From the IMG/VR virus record IMGVR_UViG_3300025451_000024, positions 1 to 41,233 of that record: 41,233 nucleotides of DNA; one strand, given 5' to 3'. Below the pieces are notes generated by a model. The model made no database searches and was not told the origin of the DNA. It worked only from the letters and a program-made list of their open reading frames with translations. How positions within the stretch are numbered: position 1 is the first letter of the stretch; each line of letters begins with the position of its first letter. The position numbers and the translations under genes were made by a program. The stretch is from a virus (taxonomy: Duplodnaviria > Caudoviricetes). Of the stretch, positions 25,075 through 34,072 are shown piece by piece.

Positions 25075-25536
25075 TCAGGCCGGGGGGAGTTCTTGGTGGG
25101 TCAGCCAGTCGGCGACCGGCTTGACAGGCATGCGCAGCACGCCAGCGACAGTGACCTCATTGCGAGCGCCGGTCGAGAATTCCCACCCGGGGAGGATGGC
25201 GACGCCATCGCACTCCAGCAGGCCCTTCAGATCGTCCCTCAGTAGGTCGACGTAGTGCCGGGTCATATGGCTGTCGACTCGCTCGGCCGGGTCCCACACT
25301 CGGAACCCGGCGTTGCGCAGTTGCCGCGCGGCACCGTTGAACGCGGGATAGTTGCACTCGGGGTAACCGGTCATGGGACCGGCGACGTACAGCATCCGGA
25401 TGGGCCGTACGCCAGTGGCGTACGGGGCGTGGAAACCCGACTCGACGCACTCGAAGATGAACCCCTCGCCGCCGACGAACTTCTCGACGGCGCCCCCACA
25501 CCAGCAGGGCTTGAGGAGTGTTTCGGATTGCTTCAT
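25075..25536 (-). CDS. DUF4406 / nucleoside 2-deoxyribosyltransferase-like protein
   Basis: YVAGPMTG..CNYPAF...DPAE...LLECD....LPGWE.S.GAR.E. Confidence 0.8.
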   Translation of the reverse strand: MKQSETLLKPCWCGGAVEKFVGGEGFIFECVESGFHAPYATGVRPIRMLYVAGPMTGYPECNYPAFNGAARQLRNAGFRVWDPAERVDSHMTRHYVDLLRDDLKGLLECDGVAILPGWEFSTGARNEVTVAGVLRMPVKPVADWLTHQELPPA

Positions 25537-25584
25537 GCGGGTAGCCCTCTCGTGGGTTCGGTTTGGTCGGTGTAGCAATGGCAA

Positions 25585-25615
25585 CCCTACCCCCGGCGCT
25601 CGGCCGGGGGTAGGG
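25585..25615 (-). terminator. Hairpin after Cas4-like gene
   Basis: CCCTACCCCCGGC / GCCGGGGGTAGGG stem. Confidence 0.6.
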
Positions 25616-25616
25616 G

Positions 25617-26783
25617 TTAGACGTCTGCCTGGAAGTCGGCGGCCGCGTCGGCGGTCCGGTCGATCGGCGGCCGCTTGTCGCTCTCGGGGACCAGGCTCGG
25701 GGCGCCATCGGGCTTGACGATGAACGAGCCGAGCACGTCCTGGAAGTTCTTGCCGAGGGCCTTCTCGAGCTCCCCGAGGGCCTTCAGCTTAAAGGTGGCG
25801 ACCTCCTCGGCGTTATACCCCTTGTCGATCGCGGTCTGGATAGCGTGCACGTGCTCGGCCGCTGGAATCGAACGCCGCCCAGCTGCCCGGACCACCTTCC
25901 AGCCCGGGATGACCTCGCCCTCCACGTATGCCTTGCGCATCGCTGTCTCGTGTACCGAGTCGGCCCACGTTCGGATGCCCTTCAGGTCCTTGAGGATCTC
26001 GGCGAGCTCCTGGACCGTGAGCAGGTCGGGGTCGGAGGCAAAGTCGTGCGCGGTCGCCCATTCCATCCGGGCTCGGCACTCGCCCGCCAGGGGGCACCAC
26101 CGGCATGCCTTGTCTGACGGCCCAAACGCCGGAGAGGGCGCATGTAGGGCCTCCTCGACGATTGGTAGCAGGCTGTCGCGCCAGGCCCTGAGATCGTCGG
26201 CTCGCATCGTGAACCGTGACGTGCTGTTCAGCCGGGGCTGGTACACGATCATGACGACCTCATCGACCTCGACCAGTAGGTCGGCGATCGTTTCGAGTGC
26301 CCCGACCCCGTACAGCATCAGCTGAGGATTCTCGTAGGCGTCGACCGGCACACCCTGCCCGTACTTCAGGTCCACAATGATCAGCTTGCTCGCGCCGACG
26401 ATGGCGGTATCAGCCGTGCCCCAGCACAGCTGGACGCCAGTGTTCACCCGCTGCTCGAGAAGGAGCACGGCGCCCGGGCCTGCCTCGGCGAGCAGGTCGC
26501 GCAGCAGGTCGACATAGCCGTCCGTGTGGATGTTCATCTCGTCGGCGTCGTACCCGGCCGACTGCACCTTCCGGTTCAGCGCCATCATGGCCTTCATGTC
26601 GGGCTTGCCGAGCAGCACCGACCGCGCCTTGAGCTCGGCCATCGCGTGCGCCGTGGTGCCCTCCTCGGCGTAGACAGACGTGCGGTTGTCTCGGGGCAGC
26701 TTCTCGATCAGCCGAACCGAGGCCGGGCACGAGATCCAGCGGTCGCTCGACGATGGGCTGAGCCGAGCGTGCTCGTCAGGCAT
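25617..26783 (-). CDS. Cas4-like PD-(D/E)XK exonuclease (DUF2800)
   Basis: HARLSPS...W..CP.S, EGT.AH, EQRV, GTAD, DLKYG.G, QL.LY, C.WC....C. Confidence 0.9.
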   Translation of the reverse strand: MPDEHARLSPSSSDRWISCPASVRLIEKLPRDNRTSVYAEEGTTAHAMAELKARSVLLGKPDMKAMMALNRKVQSAGYDADEMNIHTDGYVDLLRDLLAEAGPGAVLLLEQRVNTGVQLCWGTADTAIVGASKLIIVDLKYGQGVPVDAYENPQLMLYGVGALETIADLLVEVDEVVMIVYQPRLNSTSRFTMRADDLRAWRDSLLPIVEEALHAPSPAFGPSDKACRWCPLAGECRARMEWATAHDFASDPDLLTVQELAEILKDLKGIRTWADSVHETAMRKAYVEGEVIPGWKVVRAAGRRSIPAAEHVHAIQTAIDKGYNAEEVATFKLKALGELEKALGKNFQDVLGSFIVKPDGAPSLVPESDKRPPIDRTADAAADFQADV

Positions 26784-27040
26784 TACGGTGTCTCCTTGGT
26801 GTTGGTCTCTGGAAGAATGCCGAGCAGCACCTGAGCCATCTCGGTGATGGCTTGGGCGTTCGACTCGACGGCACCGGTTGAGAACCCGGCGAACAGAACG
26901 GTAACCTCGCCCGGGTCTTGGTCGGCGGTGACCCGTACGATCACCTCCACGCACCCGGCCGTGCCGAGCACGGTCGGCAGGAGTTGCCCGCGTGGCAGAA
27001 AAGCCACGCGGGCAACCGCTTCGGTCGGAGGGATGGTCAC
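26783..27040 (-). CDS. Hypothetical protein
   Basis: Overlap-coupled on both sides. Confidence 0.6.
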   Translation of the reverse strand: MTIPPTEAVARVAFLPRGQLLPTVLGTAGCVEVIVRVTADQDPGEVTVLFAGFSTGAVESNAQAITEMAQVLLGILPETNTKETP

Positions 27041-27456
27041 CCGAGGGCCTTCATGAAGGCCGCAACCTGCCCGGGGGCAAGCTCGCCGACCCGCTTGACG
27101 CCGACGGCGTCCAGGGCCTTGCGCACCACCGACGTCTTGCCGTCGCCGACCAACTCCCGGGCGCGGGCCTGAGCCTCGTCCAGCGAGGGGCCATCGCCCA
27201 TCACGTCATCGGCGGGCTCGTCGACCGGCTCCGGCTCGAGCTCGGGCTCGGGCTCGGGCTTGGGCCGGGGTTTCGGGCCGGGCTTGCGCCGAACCGGTGC
27301 GGCGGGTGCCTCGGGCTCGGCGGCCTGGGCCTCGGGCTCGGACTTGATGACCGCGACGGCCGGCTCCTCGGCTACCAGCGAGTCAATGAAAGCCCGGACG
27401 GCCTTCAATTCCTCGGCGGTCGTTCCCACCGTGTCGAATGAAACATGTACGCCCAT
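27037..27456 (-). CDS. Pro/Glu-rich protein typical of DUF2800-DUF2815 modules
   Basis: AAAGGAAAGG RBS; PEPE linker and C-terminal helical domain. Confidence 0.7.
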   Translation of the reverse strand: MGVHVSFDTVGTTAEELKAVRAFIDSLVAEEPAVAVIKSEPEAQAAEPEAPAAPVRRKPGPKPRPKPEPEPELEPEPVDEPADDVMGDGPSLDEAQARARELVGDGKTSVVRKALDAVGVKRVGELAPGQVAAFMKALG

Positions 27457-27500
27457 GTTGGTTTCCTTTCCTTTGGGCTGATTTACTGCCTGCACCGAGC

Positions 27501-29774
27501 CTATAGCAACTCGGCGAGATCTTGATCGACGTTGCTCGTCCTGATAAACAACAGCTGTGGACCGTAATGCGGAATCCGGCGCCTGCCCTCGATCGTCTTC
27601 CACCCCGGCATATCATGCATCACTTTCGCCAGGTCGATCAGTTCGCGGCGGGTGTGGTCGCCTCGGCGCCGGGCCATGGCCTCGCACCACAGCTGGAGGG
27701 TACAGACCTCATTCTGCTTGCGCACGCCCGGCGTGAAGTTCTCGTCGTCGCCGAGGGCGAGCCACCCGGCCCGGCGCTCGGGCGACCACGACTCCCACTC
27801 CAGCGGCACGTCGCGCTCCAGGTACTCGGCGACGATGCCGCGCAGCACGTCCTCCTCCGTGTACGTTTCCCGGTTCACTTTCGCCAGCGCCGATTCCGCC
27901 TCGTCCAGGAATAGCTTCTCGCCCGCCCGGTACCGGTAAACCGCTTCGGCCCACACTTGCTCCACGTAATCGTCGGTAAGGGCGTCGAAATCCACCCGCT
28001 TCTCGCAATGCACAATCAGGAATCGACGATTGCCCTCCATCCGGTTCAGGAAGATCTTGTCGTTCGTCGACCCCCAGATGACACAATGCCTCGGGTGTGG
28101 CGCGGCCTCGCGGTCGTACGGCATTCGGAACACGTCTTTGGTTCTGGTGAGGAATTCCTTCTGAGCGTCGGCATCCGCCTTGCTAATGGTGTGGCCCTCA
28201 TCGCTGACCATGATCCAGGAGCGTTGCATCGCGATCAGGGTGTCCTTGTCACCGATGCGGCCGAGGCTCGCCGAGTAGCCGCGCGACAGCTTGTCGATCC
28301 AGAAGGTCTTGCCGAGGCCCTCGTCCCCGTACAGAATCAGGGTGTGGTCCCACTTACACCCGGGGTCGAGCATGCGGGCGGCAGCCGCCACGAAACACTT
28401 CCGGGCTACGGTGCGGGTGTACAGGGTCGGGGTTACCCCGGGCAGGCACGTCTCGAGCCGGTCGGTACCGTCCCACCTGAGCCGGAGCAGCCACTCGGCG
28501 ACCGGGTTACGGCGCCGACGGTGCGCGGCCGTTGAGACCGCCTCCTTGACGCGCTCACGGCTGACTGTGGGCAGCTGATACGTGCGCTCGACGTGCTGGG
28601 CAAGCTCGGACGTGTCGACGGCCGTGAACGTTTCGAGCCCTTCGGCCATTTCCCGCCAGGGTAGGTCGCCGTCGGCCTCAACCGACAGCGTCAGCTCATT
28701 GAAGTACAGCTTGCGCAGCACCGGGTCGTTGTCGCGCAGCAGGTCCCAGTTCTGGATGGTGTTCTTTACCCGGTTGTGCCGGTCGCGGTCGAGTTGCGCG
28801 AGCCACGCTTCATCGTCGCCGAGGTTCTCGAAGTCGACGCCGAGCATGTCCGTCATGACGCGCGGGTTGGTGCGGGCCTCGTCCTCGAATGCCAGATGCG
28901 ACGGGAGTTTGTTGATGGGGGTGTTCGGGTCGGACTGCTCGTCTAGGTGGCCGTACCGGTGCAGCCGTACCAAGTCGAACGCCGAGCATGTTCGGCCGTG
29001 CGCCGGGTCGGTGACGTGATGGCTGAACACGAACCCGTCGGCGATCTGGTTGAGCCCGGCGATCGCTTTGGCCCCGGCCAGATGCCAGCGTCCTTCGGAC
29101 ACCTTCTCGTACGGAAGTTCGTATAGCTCGATCGCCTCATCGAACGTGAACACCCGGTTGAACGCGCCCGGCACCCCGGCGAGCTCTTGCGGGTCTCGCT
29201 TGCGGGTGCGAGGCGTCGGCAGCTTGGTGAGGTCTGGGTCCCATTCGTCGAGCAGCGCGGCCGACGGTAGCGGCACCCCCTCGAGATGGTGGAACTGGAA
29301 CCAGTCGGGGTGTTGGGCGCTCGGCCAGTACATGAACCGCTCGGGCTGAACGGTGGTCGGGTCGAACGATGCCTCGCCGAGGGTGTGCACCAACTGAGTA
29401 GCGATCGCGTGATATTCGTCGGGGGCTACCGACCGGTCAAGCGGCAGCAGTATGCGCACCCGTACGGCGTCGGGGGCCGACTGCCAGGTAGTGTGCACGA
29501 CGGCCTCATAGCCGAGGGCGTCGAGCCGGTCGAGTATGTCGGGCAGGTCGACATCTGTGTCTGCGTCCAGGGCGACGGTGTTCCGGTCCAGAATGGTCGT
29601 CTTCGACCTTCGGGCGCCGCGTAGGGTGCCGAGCACGTACCCCCCGCACTCCTTCTCGGTGGCCGGGGTGCGCAGCCGGTCGAGCAGGTCGGGCCACGAT
29701 ATGGTTTCGGCTCGCCAGGTCTTGGCGTCGGTGCGTTGTGCGGTAGCGATGGGCAGGGCTGACGGGTAGGTCAT
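27501..29774 (-). CDS. Primase-helicase with VirE/VapE P-loop domain
   Basis: N-terminal ALDAD...HTT..S...R.R...PL primase-like region; Walker A GDEGLGKT; K.FL....D.FR.PY; GSTN; GNRRF. Confidence 0.9.
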   Translation of the reverse strand: MTYPSALPIATAQRTDAKTWRAETISWPDLLDRLRTPATEKECGGYVLGTLRGARRSKTTILDRNTVALDADTDVDLPDILDRLDALGYEAVVHTTWQSAPDAVRVRILLPLDRSVAPDEYHAIATQLVHTLGEASFDPTTVQPERFMYWPSAQHPDWFQFHHLEGVPLPSAALLDEWDPDLTKLPTPRTRKRDPQELAGVPGAFNRVFTFDEAIELYELPYEKVSEGRWHLAGAKAIAGLNQIADGFVFSHHVTDPAHGRTCSAFDLVRLHRYGHLDEQSDPNTPINKLPSHLAFEDEARTNPRVMTDMLGVDFENLGDDEAWLAQLDRDRHNRVKNTIQNWDLLRDNDPVLRKLYFNELTLSVEADGDLPWREMAEGLETFTAVDTSELAQHVERTYQLPTVSRERVKEAVSTAAHRRRRNPVAEWLLRLRWDGTDRLETCLPGVTPTLYTRTVARKCFVAAAARMLDPGCKWDHTLILYGDEGLGKTFWIDKLSRGYSASLGRIGDKDTLIAMQRSWIMVSDEGHTISKADADAQKEFLTRTKDVFRMPYDREAAPHPRHCVIWGSTNDKIFLNRMEGNRRFLIVHCEKRVDFDALTDDYVEQVWAEAVYRYRAGEKLFLDEAESALAKVNRETYTEEDVLRGIVAEYLERDVPLEWESWSPERRAGWLALGDDENFTPGVRKQNEVCTLQLWCEAMARRRGDHTRRELIDLAKVMHDMPGWKTIEGRRRIPHYGPQLLFIRTSNVDQDLAELL

Positions 29775-31192
29775 AGCACTCCTTCTAGGTGATCGAGTAG
29801 ACCATCCTGTACTGACACCTTACCGTCGAGCGTGGCCCTGATGACGTAGTCGACGGTGTCTGGAGACATGAGGGTGTGCACCACGACCGGGCTCGTCTGG
29901 CCCGACCGGTGCAGGCGCTTGTTCCCTTGCTGCCAGTGCTCGCTAGGCCAGGGCGGGCTCATCCAGATGATGGTGTGGCCCCCTGATTGCATGTTCATGC
30001 CGTGGCCGATGCTGGCGGGGTGCGACAGCAGCACCGGGATTTCACCCTGGTTCCACCGGGGGTACCAGCCGGGGTCCTTCACGGTCTGGGCGACGGTGCC
30101 CCCGAGCGACCGCGAGGCACGGATGGCCTCCTGGATGCGCTTGGCTTCCTCGACGAACCGATAGAAGATCAGGAGGGGCTGGCCCTGGGCCTCCTCGATC
30201 ATTTCGAGCAGCACGTCCAGCTTGGCGTTGTGCACGTGGGTCGACACGCCGGTGTCCCGGTCCTCCGGGTACAGGAAGCCCGACACCAGCTGGGACAGCC
30301 GGGAGCTGAGGGCGGCCGCGTTCGTGACCGAGTGAGTTACCTCGCGGCCGAGGCCGATATCGAGCACGTCGGCCCACAGCTCGCGGCGCAACTTGCGGTA
30401 GGTGCGCATAACGCCATCGGACAGCGGCACCTTCACCTCATTGTAGGTAACCTCGGGTAGGTGCACCCGGCCCTCTGTCTTCATGCTGAGACAGAGGTCT
30501 TCAAGTTTGGTGTAGATGGCCTTCTCGGCGCCGGGGCGGGGTTCGAGGCCGACCGGGATGCCGTTCGGCAGTCGGCGGGTCGTCGTGAAGTAGCGGTCGC
30601 GGTAGCCGGTGATGGCGCGGCCGAGCCGGGCTCCGTCGTCGAGCAGGAAGATCTCGGCCCACAGGTCGAGCAGGCCGTTAGATGCGGGGGTGCCGGTAAG
30701 GCCCCATACGCGCCGGGTGCGCATGCTTTGGCGTACGGCTCGGGCGGCCTTGGTTCGTTTCGACGAACGGGACTTGAAGGAGCTCAGTTCGTCCAGAATC
30801 AGTAGGTTGTATGGGGTGGTCGAGTCGGGGTCGAAGTCCCGGCCAGACTTGGTGTAGAAGTCGCTGGCGATGACGTCGCGCGTGATGACGGTGATGTCGG
30901 GGGTGCGCCCGGATCGTAGCTCGGCGCGCCGGGCCGCGGCGGGGCCGGTTATGAGCCGGAGCGTGAGGTCGGGCCGCCAGCGCCGCTGCTCTTCGGGCCA
31001 TACTTCTTCGGCTACCCGCTTGGGCGCGATGACGAGTACCGGTAGGTGCTCGGGCTTGAGGGCAGACAGGCAGATGGCGGTCTTGCCGAGGCCCATGTCC
31101 AGAAAGAGGCCCGCGCTTTCGCGCTGGTGGAGGAAACTGATGGCCTCATGCTGGTAGGGCCTCAGATCGTCCTGAGGAGTCCAGGCCGTCAT
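29771..31192 (-). CDS. SNF2-family helicase
   Basis: LRPYQ, DMGLGKT, DELS, LTGTP, GHG.N.Q, RLHRSGQ. Confidence 0.92.
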   Translation of the reverse strand: MTAWTPQDDLRPYQHEAISFLHQRESAGLFLDMGLGKTAICLSALKPEHLPVLVIAPKRVAEEVWPEEQRRWRPDLTLRLITGPAAARRAELRSGRTPDITVITRDVIASDFYTKSGRDFDPDSTTPYNLLILDELSSFKSRSSKRTKAARAVRQSMRTRRVWGLTGTPASNGLLDLWAEIFLLDDGARLGRAITGYRDRYFTTTRRLPNGIPVGLEPRPGAEKAIYTKLEDLCLSMKTEGRVHLPEVTYNEVKVPLSDGVMRTYRKLRRELWADVLDIGLGREVTHSVTNAAALSSRLSQLVSGFLYPEDRDTGVSTHVHNAKLDVLLEMIEEAQGQPLLIFYRFVEEAKRIQEAIRASRSLGGTVAQTVKDPGWYPRWNQGEIPVLLSHPASIGHGMNMQSGGHTIIWMSPPWPSEHWQQGNKRLHRSGQTSPVVVHTLMSPDTVDYVIRATLDGKVSVQDGLLDHLEGVL

Positions 31193-31197
31193 GGCGC

Positions 31198-31455
31198 TCA
31201 CAGCACGCCACAGAGGGGGCATAGGGCGCCCTCGGAGGTTGCCGTCCAGCCCTTCTCGTGCAGCTGGGCGGCCGCGAGCATGCCGTGAGGGGTCGTGAGT
31301 ACCTCCTCGGCGGCGTGGCACTCGGCGCACTCGATCGACCACCGGAGAGTCATGGTGTGCAGCAAGTCGTTGATGCGCTCCTTCTCGGCGAGCAGGGCCT
31401 TCAGGTCGACGTCTTTGGCGGGGGCGCCGAGGGCGGGGCGGGCGCTCGCCATCAC
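31198..31455 (-). CDS. Small Zn-binding protein
   Basis: CAEC...GW...LCPLC. Confidence 0.65.
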   Translation of the reverse strand: MMASARPALGAPAKDVDLKALLAEKERINDLLHTMTLRWSIECAECHAAEEVLTTPHGMLAAAQLHEKGWTATSEGALCPLCGVL

Positions 31456-31649
31456 AGGTCCTCGGGCCGGTCGACGAGTCCGACCGAGTAGGTGAGCGTG
31501 ACCTGGATGCCGTCCCGCACGGCTCGGCTCCGCACCGACAGGAGGACCAAGGTGCGGGTGGTCGCGGTTAGGGCCATCGCGGTCGCCCGCTTTCCGGCTT
31601 CATCGCGGGTGGCCGCGGTCGCGGTGACCACCAGGTCAATCGTGTTCAT
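31452..31649 (-). CDS. Hypothetical protein
   Basis: GAAGGG RBS; ATGA overlap with VRR-NUC gene. Confidence 0.55.
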   Translation of the reverse strand: MNTIDLVVTATAATRDEAGKRATAMALTATTRTLVLLSVRSRAVRDGIQVTLTYSVGLVDRPEDL

Positions 31650-32047
31650 TTCGTTCCCTTCGGGCAGTCGGGGCACACCCGGCGACCTGATCGAGCGATC
31701 GTCCACCGGTTGTCGTGTCGGTTCGGGCAGAACCGAGGTAGGACACCACTGTAGCCGAGGGCGCGGCTCATGGAGTGGAGCCAGGCGTCTACCTCGGCGA
31801 GCCCGGCAAGGACCTGGACGGGGAAGCCGAGTTGGGCGGCCTGGTGGTGCCAGATGACCTGTCGCCCGCGGGGCTTCTCGCCTTCCTGCTTCAGCTCGAC
31901 GAACGCGGCGTGCCCGCCAGGCAAGAGAACGATGCGGTCGGGGGCTCCGGCCTCGATCGGCGCGAGCTTGATGGGTTTGCCTCCGAGGCCGCGCTTGACG
32001 CCGAGGCTGAAGCGGGCCTCGACGGAGGACTCAAGGGTGGTGTTCAT
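31646..32047 (-). CDS. VRR-NUC nuclease
   Basis: E..VE, G.PDRIVLLPGG...FVELK, Q...H. Confidence 0.9.
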   Translation of the reverse strand: MNTTLESSVEARFSLGVKRGLGGKPIKLAPIEAGAPDRIVLLPGGHAAFVELKQEGEKPRGRQVIWHHQAAQLGFPVQVLAGLAEVDAWLHSMSRALGYSGVLPRFCPNRHDNRWTIARSGRRVCPDCPKGTK

Positions 32048-32182
32048 GCGGCAAGCCTAGGCGGTCGGTGAGCTCGGCAGCGGTCGGTAGGGAGGACGCG
32101 GGGGGCCTTGTGTGGGTGCTGGGGGTCGCCTATACTCGCGCGTCGCGCGCGCTTTTAGAACTACAGCAGATGTTCAAGATAC

Positions 32183-32524
32183 ATCTCGAGATAGCACTGG
32201 TGTTATTTGTTACCAAAAAACCTTCTCTCTCTTTGTGCAGGCGGCGATTAGGGAGCCATCCCCTAGTGGGATGAGCCAAAGGGGTCGAAAATGAGCCAGA
32301 GCGGCCGTCGAGTTACCGCTCAGAGCGTTACCGAGTGCATCTCGAGATATCCAAATAACATCCAAATAACGGTCCAAATAACGTTACGGGGTCAGATCCA
32401 AATAACGGGCAAATAACGGGCTGGTGTTGCTAAGGTAACTATCGGCTCGGGTGATGGTGACGTCTGACTAGGGGTTTGGCGCTTTGCACCATAAACCGAG
32501 GTCTGGGTTGAATATCCAAATAAC
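32183..32524. repeat. AT-rich non-coding region with CAAATAAC repeats (origin candidate)
   Basis: Six direct copies at 32351, 32362, 32374, 32398, 32410, 32516; one inverted at 32202; ATCTCGAGAT palindromes at 32183 and 32339. Confidence 0.7.
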
Positions 32525-32620
32525 AGGTAACGCGGGAGGCGGTCTAGAAACCGGGGCTTCCCTCAGCCGGGCGGGGTGCGATGCTTGGGGCCTCATCGCC
32601 AAACGGAAGGTCCAGTCCCG

Positions 32621-32923
32621 ATGAAGCTCACCAGCATCGCCCTCGCCCTCGGGTTCGCCCTCGCGGGTTGCGCACCCTCGGCTCCCGCCAACACCAGCCC
32701 GGCTCCGGTCCCGGCCGTCTGCCTCGCGGCGCTCGACGAGGCCGACCGAATGAACGCCTTGTTCGTCGACATCATGGGGATCGTGAGTCGCTCCTACGAC
32801 GCGATCGCCGAGAACGATTGGTCCGAGGTCGACAAGCTGGCCAAGGAGCTCAAGGCCAAGAACGCCGAGCTCAGGGCTCTCGAGTACTCGGCCAAACGCG
32901 ATCGGTGCAGGGCCGAGGGATGA
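32621..32923 (+). CDS. Lipoprotein
   Basis: MKLTSIALALGFALAG-C signal peptide with LAGC lipobox; GGAAGG RBS. Confidence 0.8.
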   Translation: MKLTSIALALGFALAGCAPSAPANTSPAPVPAVCLAALDEADRMNALFVDIMGIVSRSYDAIAENDWSEVDKLAKELKAKNAELRALEYSAKRDRCRAEG

Positions 32924-33252
32924 TCGTCCGCCGGAAGTCACCCGAGGCGGAAGCCCGTCAACTGAGCGACGACCCCCACCTATGGATCAGCGTCTACCTC
33001 TGGGTGGAGAAGATCGCAGGGTCGTTCGACGTCAACGACCCCGAGGCGATGCACGTTCCCCCGGCACGGGGTGTCTCGATCGACGCTCGGACCGGTGAAA
33101 TGGTGGTCGCCACGAACCGTGGACTTCAGCCCGCGAAAGTCGGGGATTGGGTTCTTCTCGACCAGATCGAAGGCTTCTCGGTCATAACCCGAGCCTCGTT
33201 CGAGGCCGAGTATGAAGCGGCCTCGACGGGCCTCGTTCGAGGCCGAGTATGA
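32920..33252 (+). CDS. Hypothetical phage protein
   Basis: EA.Q...T..G...A.VGDWV...F...YE pattern; ATGA overlap. Confidence 0.7.
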   Translation: MIVRRKSPEAEARQLSDDPHLWISVYLWVEKIAGSFDVNDPEAMHVPPARGVSIDARTGEMVVATNRGLQPAKVGDWVLLDQIEGFSVITRASFEAEYEAASTGLVRGRV

Positions 33253-33261
33253 AGCGGCCTC
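33193..33261 (+). repeat. 32-bp perfect direct repeat (period 37)
   Basis: GCCTCGTTCGAGGCCGAGTATGAAGCGGCCTC at 33193 and 33230. Confidence 0.9.
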
Positions 33262-33468
33262 TCCGGGCCTCGGCGGGCTTCTTCTGGCGGGACAGATTTT
33301 GGCGCGGGCGTCACGCGAGAAGCCCGCTAAGCTTGCCTTGGCGGTTGGGTAGGCCGCGTTGCACCGAGGGCCGGGGTTCCGAGTGAAAGCTCCCCCGGCC
33401 CTTGCCGCTACTATGGGTGTCACCAAGCGGCCGGGTGCCGCGAGACCGGGAGTCGATAGGGGCACACG

Positions 33469-33954
33469 ATGGGCAAGAAGTACGAAGAACTACGGGGTTC
33501 GATCATCGACCTGTGGCGCGAGGGCCTGTCGAGAGGCGAGATCTCGCGCCAGCTGGGCCTGAACGATGCTGTCGTGACCAAGGTGTGCCAAGAGGAGAAG
33601 TTGGTGTTCGACCGCACCACCAGCGTCAGCAAGACCAAGGGCCGTCTCGAGCAGGCCGCCGAGCAGCGGTCGCGGATCATGCACCGCATGATGAACGCCT
33701 CCGAGGCCATGCTCGACTTGCTCGATCAGCCCATGATCGTGTTCAACTTCGGTGGCCGCGACAACACCTACGCCGAGCAAGAAGTCTCGTCGCCGCCGAT
33801 CGCCGACAAGCTCCGGCTGATGCAGGCCGCAGGGATCGGCGTCGACAAGGCTCTCGACCTGGCAGCCCACGACGCGGGCTCGGCCCGAGTGTCGATCAAC
33901 CTGATCTTGGCCACGGCCGAGAAGCTCGGGCTGGACACCAGCGATGGCGAGTGA
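33469..33954 (+). CDS. Terminase small subunit (N-terminal HTH)
   Basis: LWREGLSRGEISRQLGL HTH; upstream of terminase large subunit. Confidence 0.7.
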   Translation: MGKKYEELRGSIIDLWREGLSRGEISRQLGLNDAVVTKVCQEEKLVFDRTTSVSKTKGRLEQAAEQRSRIMHRMMNASEAMLDLLDQPMIVFNFGGRDNTYAEQEVSSPPIADKLRLMQAAGIGVDKALDLAAHDAGSARVSINLILATAEKLGLDTSDGE

Positions 33955-34072
33955 GTTCTGCCAACACTGCCACGCGGCCATCCGGTGGTCACCCATCCAT
34001 GGGGAGTGGGTGCACACCCACACCGGGCTCAGGACTTGCCTGAGCACAAACGCCGAGCCCCATGACCACTGA
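33944..34072 (+). CDS. 42-aa Cys/His-rich protein (not in ORF track)
   Basis: MASEFCQHCHAAIRW...WVH...C; fills the gap between terminase genes. Confidence 0.45.
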   Translation: MASEFCQHCHAAIRWSPIHGEWVHTHTGLRTCLSTNAEPHDH

